Positions 1-12,334 are shown, numbered from the stretch's first letter. The stretch is DNA of 64,000 nucleotides from Lama guanicoe (GCA_013239625.1 MU053379.1:2152866-2216865); one strand, 5' to 3'. Numbers and translations: made by a program. Notes: generated by a model from the sequence alone, not told the origin.

Positions 1-544
1 ACCCATAGGGTTAATGTGATTTTTGACCACTCTGCTTCTAGAAATCTCAAGGCTACTTACACACCGTCTATGGACTAAAGGCATCCTGACTCTAGTGTTC
101 ACTAGGCAGGCGGGCCGAGGAGCCAGCGAAAGGCATGGGACGAAGACTATTAAACAAATGTCCTTGGGGGGGAGGCTTATGCCAAGTTAAAGGCACCACC
201 AGCTGTGAGGCGCGGGGAGGAGGAGACTGAGTAGCTCCTGCCCAGCAGCCTTTCACCTGTCCCGCCACGCGGCGGAGGGAGCCCCGCGGTGCCTTCCCTG
301 GAGGAGAGTCTGCAGCTGTGTGACTTGTGAGACGTTTAATTGTCATGTGTGCTGAACACGCATAATCACTGGGTAGTGGTGAGTGGCAGGCTCTCTCAAG
401 GAGACATGTCCAGCACAGGCAGAAGCCAATCTGAAGCAACTTGAAAGGAGATTTTAATCAGCTGCCAAGTTGAGCAGATAAGGAAGTAGCAACAAAAGTG
501 AGGAATGCTCGCATCACTGAGGAGGAGAGAGAGAGTCTGAGCGA

Positions 545-1000
545 CGCCAGCAAGATGGTGGAGTAGGAAGCCTCAGGCATCCTTCCGCCACGGAGACACC
601 AGCTTAGCAACAGTAATGTGGACCAGGTGTATGAGCCAGCTGTTGCCTTGGTGAGAACTTTAAAAGCCAGCTAAGAGGCTACAGCCCCCGCAGGCTGCAA
701 GGGCAAGAAGAGGTGCATTGGGGCAGGTAGGAAAGCCCAGTGCACTTCCCTGCCATACCCCACCCCGTCCCAGCGCAGTGCAGCGCCATCAGGGCAAAAC
801 CCCCAGCTCACTGCCTCTCCCCCTGGAGGGAAACAAAAGATGGGGCGCACGTCCAGTGTTCCGGCTTTTTAGGGTGCTGCCCAAGGGACCAGCTTCTGTG
901 CTGGGTGACTCAGAGTGCGGGCAGGGGAAGCTGTAACGGCCTGGGATGCCTGGAGCCACTGAGAACGAAGGTGAGCCCCTCAGCTTGCCACAGCACCAGA
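545..1000 (+). mobile_element. Probable ancient L1 (L1M-type) 5' UTR remnant
   Basis: Begins gcaagatggtggagtaggaag, resembling the aagatggcgga YY1-type 5' terminus of old L1s; boundaries approximate. Confidence 0.45.
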
Positions 1001-1617
1001 GAGACTGCAGTGTCACAGACAGACATGGAAAGCGTAGAAAGACGTTCTATTCTGAGTAACTCCAAAACTCTCCAGCTGGGGGTAGCGGAGACAGAATCAA
1101 GCATTAGGCAAAGTCAAATAAGACCCAGACAGCATGAGACTTTGAAGATCTCTGTTCAGGAATAATGTTAATAGCAATCAGGTTTGTGGCAAGAAGTTAC
1201 CCAAATACCCACACGGCGTCCCCATGTTTGACGTGAATGGCCTGGGCTGACTTGAGGTACACAGGACGTGAATTTGCCAAGTCAGCTTCTGGAATCCTCA
1301 GGTCCTCTGCTGCGTGTGCTGACCAGGTACCTGGCTTTGTTTTGAAAGAGGTTCTCATGAAGAAAATAAATAGCAAGTTAGGATCAAGAAGACCATTTGA
1401 GAAAAAAGGTGATCCGAAGTCTGGTTCTAGGACAGAATGCTGGAAGAATGGCTTAATGTCACTGTCCCAGAGCATTCTCCAGCTAAAAAGGGCTTCTTTT
1501 CTGCAACAGAGTTTCCGGCGTCCTTTCCTGTCTGAACCAGCAATAGTTAACTTCGTTTGTTTATTTAACTTCATTTTCCTATCTAGGACATAAGCCAAAC
1601 TCCATTAAACCAAAAGC

Positions 1618-2022
1618 CTTTTTTTTGTAATTGTTTTATTGAAGTATAGTCAGATCCAGTGTGTCAATTTCTGGTGTACCACATCATGTCCCAATCACGC
1701 ATATACATACATATATTCGTTTTCATATTCTTTTTCATTAAAGGCTATTATTACAAGATAGTGAATATAGTTCCCTATGTTATACAGAAGAAATTTGTTT
1801 TTTATCTATTTTTATATATAGCGGTTAGCATTTGCAAATCTCAAAAAAATGCCATATGATATCACACATATGTGGAATCTAAAAAAAAAGAAAGGAAAGG
1901 AAAAAAGAGGACACTAATGAACTCATCTACAAAACAGAAACAGACTCACAGACATAGTAAACAATCTTATGGTTACTGGGGGAAAGGAGGGGGAAGGGAT
2001 AAATTTGGGAGTTTGAGATTTA
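1618..2022 (-). mobile_element. 5'-truncated, 5'-inverted L1 3' end with TSD
   Basis: Minus-strand L1 3' UTR with poly(T) at ~1619-1845 joined to a plus-strand adjacent L1 segment at ~1846-2021; TSD taaaccaaaagc at 1606-1617 and 2023-2034. Confidence 0.88.
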
Positions 2023-2869
2023 TAAACCAAAAGCATTTTTGAAGTATCTAATCAGACTATACTGGAGAAGGACTGACTTAGGACATAAGGCTGGCCAGGG
2101 AGATGTTCCCCAAAGTGAAAATGTGCCCCAGAACCAGAACAGCAAGGAAGAATGGGTCTTCGAGGACAGAGCCCTCAAAATGACTTCATGGAACTTAGGT
2201 GCTGGCCGTCCAGGAGCTATTGTGTGGATGAAATGTGTTAGGTGCTTACAAATAAAAACCAATTACATCAACAATTACGTAGAACATAATCACCATGACT
2301 GGGTCAGTGTGCGTGCAGAATCTGGGTTTTAAGAATTATATTTTTATTGTGAGTGATGAATCAAAATGTCATATGGTTTTGCTGAGAACGTAAGCACATA
2401 TCCATTGTGGAATGTTCAGGGCAAGCCAAGATACATCAACTCTTCTATTTTATTGTATGTTTAATTTTGTAGCGCACTAGAACCCCTTGCTTCTCTTTCT
2501 GTCCCAGTTTGACAATCAGGACGAGCAGAGGAGATAGATGAGGTGGAAGCATCATTCTGTGTACTTTCATGTCAGTGGGATTTGTGGGAAGGGAGGGCTG
2601 GTCGAAATTATGGGCTTAAGGAAGGATTTTGCAATTATCTTTCATCCTGTTATAATTAGTAAACCTCTCTGTGGGCAAAGCAGGGACTGTTTGACCACAC
2701 TTTAGTCCCGGAATTCAGTGGTACAGCATTCTTTAGGATCAAGAATGTGTCCTGGGCTTCTGTGAATTTGGGCTGGGGGTGCTGAGGCAGCCCACACAGC
2801 CCCCACCCTCCGCCATGCCGGAGCTCCTCTGTGTGTCAGCAGGAAGTCATGCAAGAGTTGAAAGTGTGG

Positions 2870-3640
2870 GCGTCCAACGGGGATGAACCTTGAGAATGTT
2901 ATGCAGAGTGAAACCAGCCAGACACAAAAGGACAGATACTGTACGATCCCGCTCATACGAGGTGCCTGGAGGAGTCCAGTTCATAGAGACAGAAGGCTGA
3001 AGGGTGGGTGCCCCGAGCTGGGCAGAGGGGATGGGGAGTGAGTGTTCCATGGGGATGAAGTTCCAGTTTGGGAAGATGAAAAAGTTCTGAAGGTGGATGG
3101 TGGTGATGGGTGCACAACAACTTTTTTTTCCCACTGTTTCAAGGACTTTAAATGGATATAGAGTCTATTCATTTACTAAATTCATTTATTCTATTCATTT
3201 GTTTAATAGCTAGGATTCAAAGTGTTAAAGGTTTGATGTACTCCACTGGAAAAAAAACCTAGGTCATCATTTTTCAGCGTCATTTCCAAAGAAGATGCCC
3301 AGTGTTTCAACATCATTTTTTATGCCTTTAAATTACAACACTAACATCCTACTAACGACCACATTATTCAACAAAGCCACTGAGCTGTACACTTAAAAAT
3401 GGTTAAGATGGGGGAGGATGTATCTCAGCGGGAGAGTGTGTGCTTGCCATTCACGAGGTCCTGGTTCAATCCCCAGTGCCTTTGTTAAATAAATGAATAA
3501 ACAAACAAACAAACAAATAAACCTAAATACCCCCCCAAAAAAAGAGTGAAAATAAAGTAGATCAAAAAAATTTTTTTAATGGTTAAGATGATTGTTTTTA
3601 TGTTGGGTATATTTTATTGCAAAAAAGAATTTTAAAAAAT
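2870..3640 (+). mobile_element. Old L1MB-like 3' end, interrupted by an unknown insert and a SINE
   Basis: ggatgaaccttgagaatgttatgcagagtgaa...ggtgatgggtgcacaacaa...gccactgagctgtacacttaaaaatggttaa and an A-rich tail. Confidence 0.8.
3411..3577 (+). mobile_element. tRNA-derived SINE (Vic-1-like), long tail
   Basis: Degenerate A/B boxes, gaggtcctggttcaatcccc; TSD aatggttaagatg at 3398-3410 and 3578-3590. Confidence 0.88.
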
Positions 3641-3989
3641 ACAAGCAGTGTGGACTGCAGGCTCCGGCAAGCATGGGTGTGGACTGAGTCTGCCACTCTC
3701 AGCCACAGACTCGGGCAAGTCGCTTTGCTGGCCTAAGCCTCAGTTTGCCCCTCCACAAAATGGGAGTGACCACGGGCTCCTGCACAGGGTTGCTGGGAGA
3801 ACTGCAGGGTGCGGCAGGTTCATTAGAGACACAGCCTCGAGTGCAGGGCTTTGGGGCCCCAGTTGTCCTGGGGAAAGCAGGGCAGTTTTATCTCAAAAAG
3901 AATCTGAAGCGTCCTCTGATTTGTGCTCTCGAGGGGCGTGGAATTGGTAGCGATCGGCACCACCTGGCACCTGAGTTTCCCGCTAGGAC

Positions 3990-4450
3990 AGGTGTGTTCA
4001 TTTCCTGTTGCCATTGTCACAAAGCACCACAAGCTCAGTGGCTTCAAACAGCACAGGTTGATTTCCTTGTAGTTCCGGAGGTCAGAAGTCTAAAGTTAAG
4101 AGTGTCAGTGGGTCTGTGTGTCTTCTAGAAGCTTCGGGGAGAATCCAGTTCCTTGTCCTTTTTGGCTTTTAGAGGCCACTTGCGTGTCTTGGCTCGGGGC
4201 CCCTTCTTTGTATCACTGCAGCCTCTTGCTCCTGTTGTCATATCTCCTACCACTCCCCCAGCTCTCCTCCTTCTCCCTCGTAAGGACCCTTGTGATTACT
4301 TTGGGTCCTTCTGGGTGATCCAGGAGAATCTCCCCGTCTCAAGCTCTGTAACTTGGTCACATCTGCAGAGTCCCTCTTGCTGTGTAAGCTGCCATCTTCA
4401 GGGCAGAGGAGGCGGACATCTCTGGGGCTGGGACTCAGCCAGCCACTCCA
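3990..4450. mobile_element. MLT1-type (ERVL-MaLR) LTR
   Basis: caaagcaccacaagctcagtggcttcaaacagcaca...agttccggaggtcagaagtct...ggggagaatcc...cacatctgcagagtccct motifs. Confidence 0.75.
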
Positions 4451-4599
4451 GGCCATCTGTTTCTTCAGGAGACTATCAAATAGACCCTCCATGTCGCCAC
4501 TGGGCCCAGCCCAGCGGGTGCAGAGCAGGCGTCCCTGACAACAGCTCTGACGTGCTGGAAGGCCTGGACACGTTGTCCTAGACAGCCTTTTCAAAATGC

Positions 4600-5262
4600 T
4601 CAGCCTTTACAATAGCCAAGACGTGGAAGCAACCGAAATGCCATTAAGGGGAGGGAAATAGCTCAGTGGTAGAGCACATGCTTAGCGTGCATGAGGTCCT
4701 GGGTTCAATCCCCAGTACCTCCATTAAACAACACAAACAAACAAACAAACAAATAAATAAATATCCATTGACAGATGACTGGATGAAGAAACTGAGATAG
4801 ATAGACAGACAGACAATGGAATGCTACTCAGCCATAAAAAAAGAATGAAATAATGCCATTTGCTGCAACGTGGATGGATCTAGAGATTATCATTCTAAGG
4901 CAAGTAAGCCAGAAAGAGAAAGAAAAATACCAAATGATATCACTTACATGTGCAATCTAAAAAAAAATGACATAAATGCACTTATTTACAAAACAGACTC
5001 ACAGAGGTAGAAAACAAACTTATGGTTACCAGCAGGGAGGGGGTGGAGGGATAAATTGGGAGTTCAAGATTTGCAGATCCTAACTCCTATATATAAAATA
5101 GATAAACAAGGTCCTCCTGTACAGCACAGGGAACTGTATTCAGTACCTTATAATGGGCTGTAATGAAAAAGAATGTGAAAAGGAATATGTATGTGTAATC
5201 TATCAGTCTGCTGTACACCAGAATCTAACACAACATTGTAAATTGACCAGTCAACTGACAAT
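4600..5262 (+). mobile_element. L1 3' end (lineage-type) with nested SINE
   Basis: tttacaatagccaagacgtggaagcaacc...acagcacagggaactgtattc...ctgtacaccagaa. Confidence 0.88.
4648..4758 (+). mobile_element. tRNA-derived SINE (Vic-1-like), short form with (AAAC)n tail
   Basis: tagctcagtggtagagcacatgcttagcgtgcatgaggtcctgggttcaatcccc; imperfect TSD aaatgccatt/aaatatccatt. Confidence 0.9.
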
Positions 5263-5521
5263 TTTTTTTAGTGTAAAGCTGTTCAGCCTGGCCCTGCAAC
5301 CTCGTGGGTTGTTTGGATTGGACAGCCAAGGCCACGTAGACCCCATGTCCTGTGCAAGAGGTGGTCTTCACAGTGTGTTGTAAGCGCCCGCAAGATATTG
5401 GCCCACCTTTCCTTTTATTTTTGTTACTCGAGGGGAAAAAAAGCATCCTTTTTATCATGCTTACAAGCATGGGCTCCGGGGTCCGTCATTACTGGGCATA
5501 GAAGCTTAGCAGGTGACTGAT

Positions 5522-5897
5522 GGTCAGTTTTCCACATCTGTAAGACGAACTACCGCAGACGGGGTGGTTTAGACAACAGAAACGTATTCTCTCCTACTTC
5601 TGGAAGCTAAAAGAGCGTGAGGTGTGGTGTGGCTGGCTGATTCCGAGGTCTCCCCGTGGCTTGCGGACGGCTCCCTTCTTCCTGTGTCCCCATGTGGTCC
5701 TCCCTCGGTGGCACCTGCGTCCGGATTTCCTCTTCTTATCCGACACCAGTCATACGGCATGAGAGCCGCCCAGGAATCTCACTGTAACTGGATTCCCTCC
5801 TTCAAGGCCCCATCTCCAAATACAGTCGCGTTCTGAGGCGCCGGGGGTTCCGTCCACAGCGTACGCACCCCGGGGGGCACGGCTGAGCCCGTAGCCG
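5522..5897. mobile_element. MLT1A-like LTR
   Basis: ggtttagacaacagaaacgtattctctc...ttctggaagct...aaggccccatctccaaatacagtcgcgttctgagg. Confidence 0.75.
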
Positions 5898-6959
5898 CCA
5901 CCCATCTTCCAGAGCCGCGTGGGGACTCAGTCAGCTCAAGCGCTGGAGGGAAGTCATCAGGACGGTGCCTGGGGCTCGTAAATATTCAGTAAAATGCCCC
6001 CGCTGTTGCTGCTCTTTTTAAGGACGTTGGCCAACACTCCCTCCCACCCCTTTCTATATCTGCTATAAAATAGTTCACATGTTTATGAGAGGGGAAGAAA
6101 AGGCCTCCTCTGCCTTCCGTTTCCTTTGGAGTTCCCTACTCGGCGTTTATTTTTACCCTCGGCCAGGCCTGGATACCGACACGTGGCCAGTCGCGGGGGT
6201 GCACTGAACCTTCAGCTGTTCACTCCGCGGTTGTGGAATTTATATGCTGTTTAAAGGGAGGCTGCTGATCTCCTTGAAGTGCTTTTTGAGGCATGCCTGA
6301 GTCAACTTTTTCAGTGGAGCGAAGCTGGCTTCAATCTCCTAGACCACTTCTGATTTGGTTGGCTTATCGCCGTTAGCTCCTGCGATCCAGAGTTTTATTG
6401 TTTCTAGGAAAATCGAGAAAACGCATCTCTCACTGACACATCCCAGTCGCCCAGCTGGCACCAGGAATTCTGCCGGAAGACTCTGGTCTCTGCAAGGAGG
6501 GGATGAAGGGCTTTGCACCATGTAGGTCTAGATCCTTATCTAGATCCAAGGACTTGTACTGACCTTGTCAGAGCAGCTTTCATCACAACACCTCAAAACA
6601 TCCCAACTATCCATCGACAGGTAGATGGGTAAGCGCATGAACTAGTGGTCAGCAATAAAAAGGAACAAGTGATCGACACACACACACAAAATTGGTGAAG
6701 CTCAAAGACGTGCTGAGTGAAGCAAAGCAGGTACAGAAGTACACAAAGTGTGGGGTTTCACTTAGACGAGGTCCTGGAGCAATGAAATCTAACCCATGGT
6801 GACAGGAACCCGGTCAGAGGTTGACTAGGTGGGGACAGACGGAGTGACTGGCTGGAAGGGGAGTGGGGACGCTGTGGGTGACAGAAATGTTCTATGTATT
6901 GGCTAGGGTGCTGGTGACATGCACATACCCATTTCTTTATAATGCACTTAGCTGTACAC

Positions 6960-7110
6960 TTTTTTTTCAGTTTTGTCTTTTTTCATTTTTTTAATTCTTA
7001 ATTTTTATTGAAGTGCAGTCAACTTATGGGGTTAGTTTCAGGTGTACAGCAAAGCAATTCAGTTATACACATACATACATAAATTTTTTTCAGATTCTTT
7101 TCCATTACAT
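6960..7110 (-). mobile_element. Short L1 3' fragment
   Basis: T-rich tail then ttttattgaagtgcagtc...ttagtttcaggtgtacagcaaagcaattcagttata...cagattcttttccatta. Confidence 0.8.
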
Positions 7111-7120
7111 CAGCTGTACA

Positions 7121-7293
7121 TTTTATTTTTTTTATTTTTAATTAGAATTCTCTTTTTGGGGGGAGGGGGAAGGTAATTAAATTTGTTTGTTTATTTATGA
7201 ATTTATTTATTTACTTACAGAGGCACTGGGGATTGTACCCAGGACCTCGTGCGTGCTAAGTGCGCACTCTGCCACTAAGTTATGCCCTTCCTC
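7121..7293 (-). mobile_element. tRNA-derived SINE (Vic-1-like), long tail
   Basis: gaggcactggggattgtacccaggacctcgtgcgtgctaag...ccactaagttatgccctt is the reverse complement of the SINE head. Confidence 0.88.
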
Positions 7294-7879
7294 TACAGCC
7301 GTACGTTTTAAATGGCTACATTTTATTGCTTGTAAATGAAACTTCAAAATTTTTCTTGAAAAAGCAATCAACAAATAAAACACGATCCAACCAAATAGAA
7401 GAAAATTAATCAGTTTCACAGCTCATGAAATGAGGGAAAAAGATATTCAACCACGTTTTTCATACTTGTGCATGCGTGGTCTCACAGGCATAGCCCGTGT
7501 CTGAGTCACTGATGGCTGTGGAATGTGCCTCTTTTGAGCAGAGCATCTCCCTCTTTATCTGGTTGGTTCTCGGAAGGGACGTTTACCTCTCCTGTCTACG
7601 AGCTCGTTGCAATAAAGCTGTGGTGCATGCAGAGGGTGAGTCCATCATTGCCCAGAGACCAAGAATGCTCCAGACATTTTCATGAGTTTCTACAGCACAG
7701 AAAGCAGATGTGATTGTGTTGACCCAGAGCAGGGAACACCTCCACCCAGAGCACACGGAGGAAGGGGATGAGGTGGAGATGGTCCACCTGAGGGGTGTCA
7801 TGGGTCCTGGAGGAGCTCTCAGAGCTTCCAGAGGGTGTGTGTGAGTAGGTTGGTGGACTCTCTTTGGGCCTTGGGCTCC

Positions 7880-8432
7880 CGCTGCTGTGTAAGCAGCCAC
7901 CCCAAGTTACTGGTGTGAAATAACACCTGCTTCATTCTGCGCAGTTAGTCTGTGCTCCAGGGGTTTGGACAGAGCACAGGAGAGGTGCTCTGTCTCTGAT
8001 CCACAGTGTCTGGGGAAATACTGGAAACACCAGGAAATACAAGGGGTGTGCATTGTCACCAGAAGTGCTGGACTTGCTGGAGGTGACTTGGATGCTGGGG
8101 CTGGGATCATCTGGAAGATTCCTGTCTGGGGTGACTTGAGCCTGGGCTCAGCCACAACTGTCATCTGGAGCATCTGCATGTGGCCTCCCCATGTGGCGGG
8201 GACCTTCTCACCCCAGGGCAGCTTCAGGGTATCTGAGGTGGGTGTTCCAGAAACAAAAGCAGACATTGGATGGCCTCTTATGACCTGGCCTCAAAGTCAT
8301 AAAACACCATGTCTGCTGTACTCCGTTGGTCAGAAAGCCACAAGCCAATCTGGACTGACAACATGGGAACATAGATCCCCAACTCTTGATGAGAGATGTG
8401 TCAAAGACCTTGCGACCGTGTTTGAAAACCAC
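7880..8432. mobile_element. Old MLT1-type LTR
   Basis: gctgtgtaagcagccaccccaag...gggtttggacagagcacag...tatgacctggcctcaaagtcata...tttgaaaaccac. Confidence 0.7.
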
Positions 8433-9029
8433 CCAACCCTAAACCATCAAATCAGTGGGCCCTCATGCACCTCCATCAGCTGACGAGTGGCTCTCCCAAG
8501 GGAAACCCAGAAGAACGGTCTTTCAAGCAAGTGAGGACCTATCCAGGGAGCCTTGTGACTCCTGCTGTAGGAGTCTGTGGCTGAGACGCCAAGTCTGAGC
8601 TAACTCTGGACCTTTATATAATGTCCAGGACCAAAGAGGATGCATCAGGTAAGCAGCCAAGTGAACACACTCAGTATTATGTCTCCTCTTTATTTTGCCT
8701 TCTGGGGGCCCTAAAGCACTGACCACACAGCCTAAAGTGAAGCTCGCCTGTCTGCACACCCTGTGCGCCTTCACAGGGCCAGCAGTCAGCTCTCCACTGA
8801 GAGAACTTTGGGGAGGTAGGTCTGCTCCCCTACAAAGCGAGCTCAGGCCAGTCTCCCTAGGACTCAGCCTCTACTTCACATGCATGAGCATGCTTCTGGA
8901 GGCCGTCAGGCATTTGAAGAGATTTCCCAAAGGAAGGATCAAAATGGATAAACAGAACAGCTGTCCACCAAGTTACCAAAAGGTAATTCAGGTGGCAGAA
9001 ATGAACTTCAAAAATGTAATTAATTTGTA

Positions 9030-9615
9030 AAGATACATGCACCCCAATATTCACAGGAGCAGTGTTTACAATCACCAAGACATGGAAACAACCTAAATGT
9101 CCATCAAAAGATGACTAAAGAAGTTGTGGTATATTTATATAATGGAATATTCCTCAGCCATGAAAAGAGAATAAAATAAAGTCATTCACAGCAGCATGGA
9201 TGGACCTGGAGATCGTCATTCTAAGTGAAGTAAGCCAGAAAGAGAAAGAAAAATACCATATGAGATCACTTATATATGGAATCTTAAAAAAAAAAGACAC
9301 AAATGAACTTATTTACAAAACAGAAAGAGATTCACAGGCATAGAAAACAAACTTACGGTTACCAGAGGGAGAGGGGGTGGGAGGGGATAAACTGGGAGTT
9401 TGAGATTTGCAGATACTAACTACAATATACAGAATAGATGAACAACAAGTTTCTTCTGTACAGCACAGGGAACTATATTCAATATCTTATAGTAACCTAT
9501 AATGAAAAATAATACAAAAATAATATATGTATGTGTACGTATGCCTGAAACATTATGCTGTACACCAGAAATTGACACAACATTGTAAACTGACTAGACT
9601 TCAAAAAAAATGGGA
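9030..9615 (+). mobile_element. L1 3' end (ORF2 tail plus 3' UTR)
   Basis: aaagatacatgcaccccaatattcacaggagca...tgtacaccagaaattgacacaacattgtaaactgactagacttcaaaaaaa; flanking repeat aaaaatgtaa(t/c)ta. Confidence 0.9.
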
Positions 9616-9619
9616 GAAA

Positions 9620-10780
9620 AATGTAACTAGTATCCTCATGAGTTTCAGAAAGATATTGAAGCCAGAAAACTAGAACAGACTGCTATTTAAAAAAAAAAAG
9701 TGGAAGAGGGGAATCAATCAATAAAAAAGTAAAAAGAAATTATTTTTAATTGTTTAAATACGACTCCCAAAATGTAGAGAATATAAAAAGGACTAAAATA
9801 ATAAAATCGATATGCTGATGGCCAGAAGAGAGACTTGAGAGACGTCAGAAGAATAGTAACATTCAGTGCTCAGAGCAGAAAGAAAAGGCAATGGAAAATA
9901 TGACAGAAAAATTAAGAAACATGGAAGGTCGATGTGGGGGCTCCAATATGAACTCTAACTGGAATTCCAGAAGATGAGAGAACAAAAGTTGAAGGAGAGA
10001 AAGGCAACAAATGTATAATCGTAGGAACTTTCCTCTAAACAGAAGGAAAGCATAAATCTATGTATTGAAAGAGTCAACCCAGTAGCAGACACAAAGAATG
10101 AAAATAAACCCATACCTAGAAACAAACATCTGCATGAGATGCTGAAACGTCAAACTAAAGATCCTAAAATTTTCAGAAAGGAAACAGGTCATGTACATCA
10201 CGTACAAAGGAACAGAACGGGGCTAACTTCAGACTGTAATTGTCAACGCTGAATGCTAGAAGACAAGAGAACTAGACTTCGAATGTTAGGGAAAGTAATG
10301 AGTTTGGACCCAGAATGCTATAGTTAGCTAGAGAAACAATCAAGTGGTAGATAAAATAAAAATTTTTCTAACAAAATCTTCAGAATTTTACCTCTCACAT
10401 AACCTTTTATAGGAAACTACTTAAGAACATACTCCAGCAAGAATGAGGGTAACATCTAAAAAAGCAATTGGAAAAATTAACATACAAGTCCAATGCAAAG
10501 AAATCCCAAAACACCAGCTGAGCAAGCAAGTCTAAAAAGAAAATGATACAAATTTTCAAAGAAAGAGGGTTCTAAGATCTCCAAGGAGAAGAGTGGAATA
10601 AATTGCAAGTCATACAAAAAATAATGTCTTCACATGTTGGTAATACGGGGAAGAAGGCACATGTTGGAGAGAGAAACATGGTTTCCAACTCTAAGACAAA
10701 AATCCATGCAAGAAAGGTATTGTGACTATATAATACAAACTAAAATATGGAATAGTTTTTTAAGGATGATATTTAAGATA
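9620..10780 (+). mobile_element. Ancient L1M/HAL1 ORF1-region remnant, probably continuing at ~12350-13050
   Basis: A-rich strand with ORF1-like motifs (ggaattccagaaga, cccatacctaga, aaagatcctaaaa, caacgctgaatgctagaagacaa). Confidence 0.6.
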
Positions 10781-10797
10781 ATAGACTGTTTTATCTT

Positions 10798-12334
10798 TTT
10801 TAATTGAAGTAGAGTTGACTTACAATGTTGTGTTAGTTTCAGGGGTACAGCATAGTGATTTAATTTTATACACACACACACACACATTTATTTCTTTTCA
10901 TATTCTTTTCCATTTTAGGTTATTACAAGATACTGAATATAGTTCCCTGTGCTGTACAGTGTAAACTTGTTGTTTATCTCCCTTATATACAGTAGTTTGT
11001 ATTTGCTAATCCCAAACTCCAGATTTATCCCTCCTCTTCCTGCCCCTTTGGTAAACCATAAGTTTGTTTTCTGTGTCTGTGAGTCTGTTTCTTTTTATAA
11101 AATAAATTTATCTGTGTCATTTCTTTAGATTCCACATGTAAGTGGTATGATATTTGTCTTTCTCTGTCTGACTTACTTCACTTACTGTGATGATCTCTAG
11201 GTCCATCCATGTTGCTGCAAATGGCATTATGTCATTCCTTTTATGGCTGAGTAATATTCCATTGTGTGTGTGTGTGTGTGTGTGTGTTTGTAAAACAACT
11301 TCTTCATCCAGTCATCTGTCAGTGGACGTTTAGGCTGCTTCCATGTCTTGTCTCTTGTAAAAAATGCTGCTGTGAACATTGGGGTCCAGGTGTCTTTTTG
11401 AATTAGTTTTCTTCGGATGTGTGCCCAGGAGTGGGATTGCTGGATCACATGGTAGGTCTATTTTTAGTTTTTTAAGGAATCTCCATACTGTTTTCCACAG
11501 CGGCTGCACTAAATTACATCCCCACCAGCAGTGTAGGAGGGCTCCCTCATCTCCACAGCCTCTCCAGCATTTATCATTTGTGGACTCCTTAATGGTGGCC
11601 ATTCTGATCGGTGTAAGATGATACCTCCTTGTAGTTTTGATTTGTATTTCAATGATCATTAGCTACATTGAGCATCTTTTCATGTGTTTATTGGACATCT
11701 ATATGGTTTCATGGAGAAATGTCCGTTTAGATCTTATGCCCATTTTTTGACTGGGTGGTTTGTTTGTTTTGTTGTTGTTGTTATTGAGTTGTATGAGCTG
11801 TTTATATATTCTGGAGATTAAGCCCTTGTCAGTCGCATCATTTGCAAATATTTCCTCCCATCGCATTGGTGGTCTTTCCATTTTGTTTATGGTCTCCCTT
11901 GCTCTGCAAAAGCTTGTAAGTTTGGTTAGGTCCCATTTGTTTATTTTTGCTCTTATTTCTATTGCTCTGGGAGACTGACCTAATAAAACAATGCTGCCAT
12001 TTATATCAGAGAATGTTTTGCCTATGTTCTCTTCTAGGAGATTTATGGTGTCCTGTCTTATGTTCAAGTCGTTAAGCCATTTTGAGTTTATTTTTGTGTA
12101 CAGTGTGAGGGAGTGTTCTGACTTCACTGATTTACATGAGTCAGTCCAACTTTCCCAGCACCACTTGCTGAAGAGACTGACTTTTTCTCTGTTGTATATT
12201 TTTGCCTCCTTTGTCAAAGACTAATTGACCATAGGTGTGTGGGTTGATTTCTGGGCTCTCAGTTCTGTTCCATTGGTCCGTATGTCTGTTTTTGTGCCAA
12301 CACCATGCTGTTTTATTTACTGTAGCTCTGTAGT
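10798..12334 (-). mobile_element. 5'-truncated L1 (~1.5 kb) with degraded ORF2 C-terminus
   Basis: ORFs 11699..12217, 11330..11659 and 11227..11448 translate to frameshifted L1 ORF2 ([44 protein letters not shown]); perfect 17-bp TSD atagactgttttatctt at 10781-10797 and 12335-12351. Confidence 0.96.

Larger units (their letters stand above)
6570..7360 (+). mobile_element. Old L1M (MC/MD/ME-like) 3' end hosting two younger insertions
   Basis: cccaactatccatcgacaggtagatgg...agcaataaaaaggaacaa...ggtgacagaaatgttctatgt...agctgtacac. Confidence 0.7.

Noticed and set aside
1197..1598. Overlapping 118-aa and 133-aa ORFs as a possible processed pseudogene
   Set aside because: No recognisable protein similarity, and the adjacent poly(T) belongs to the L1 insertion.
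11227..12217. Active L1 ORF2
   Set aside because: 5'-truncated and frameshifted into three pieces; non-autonomous fossil.
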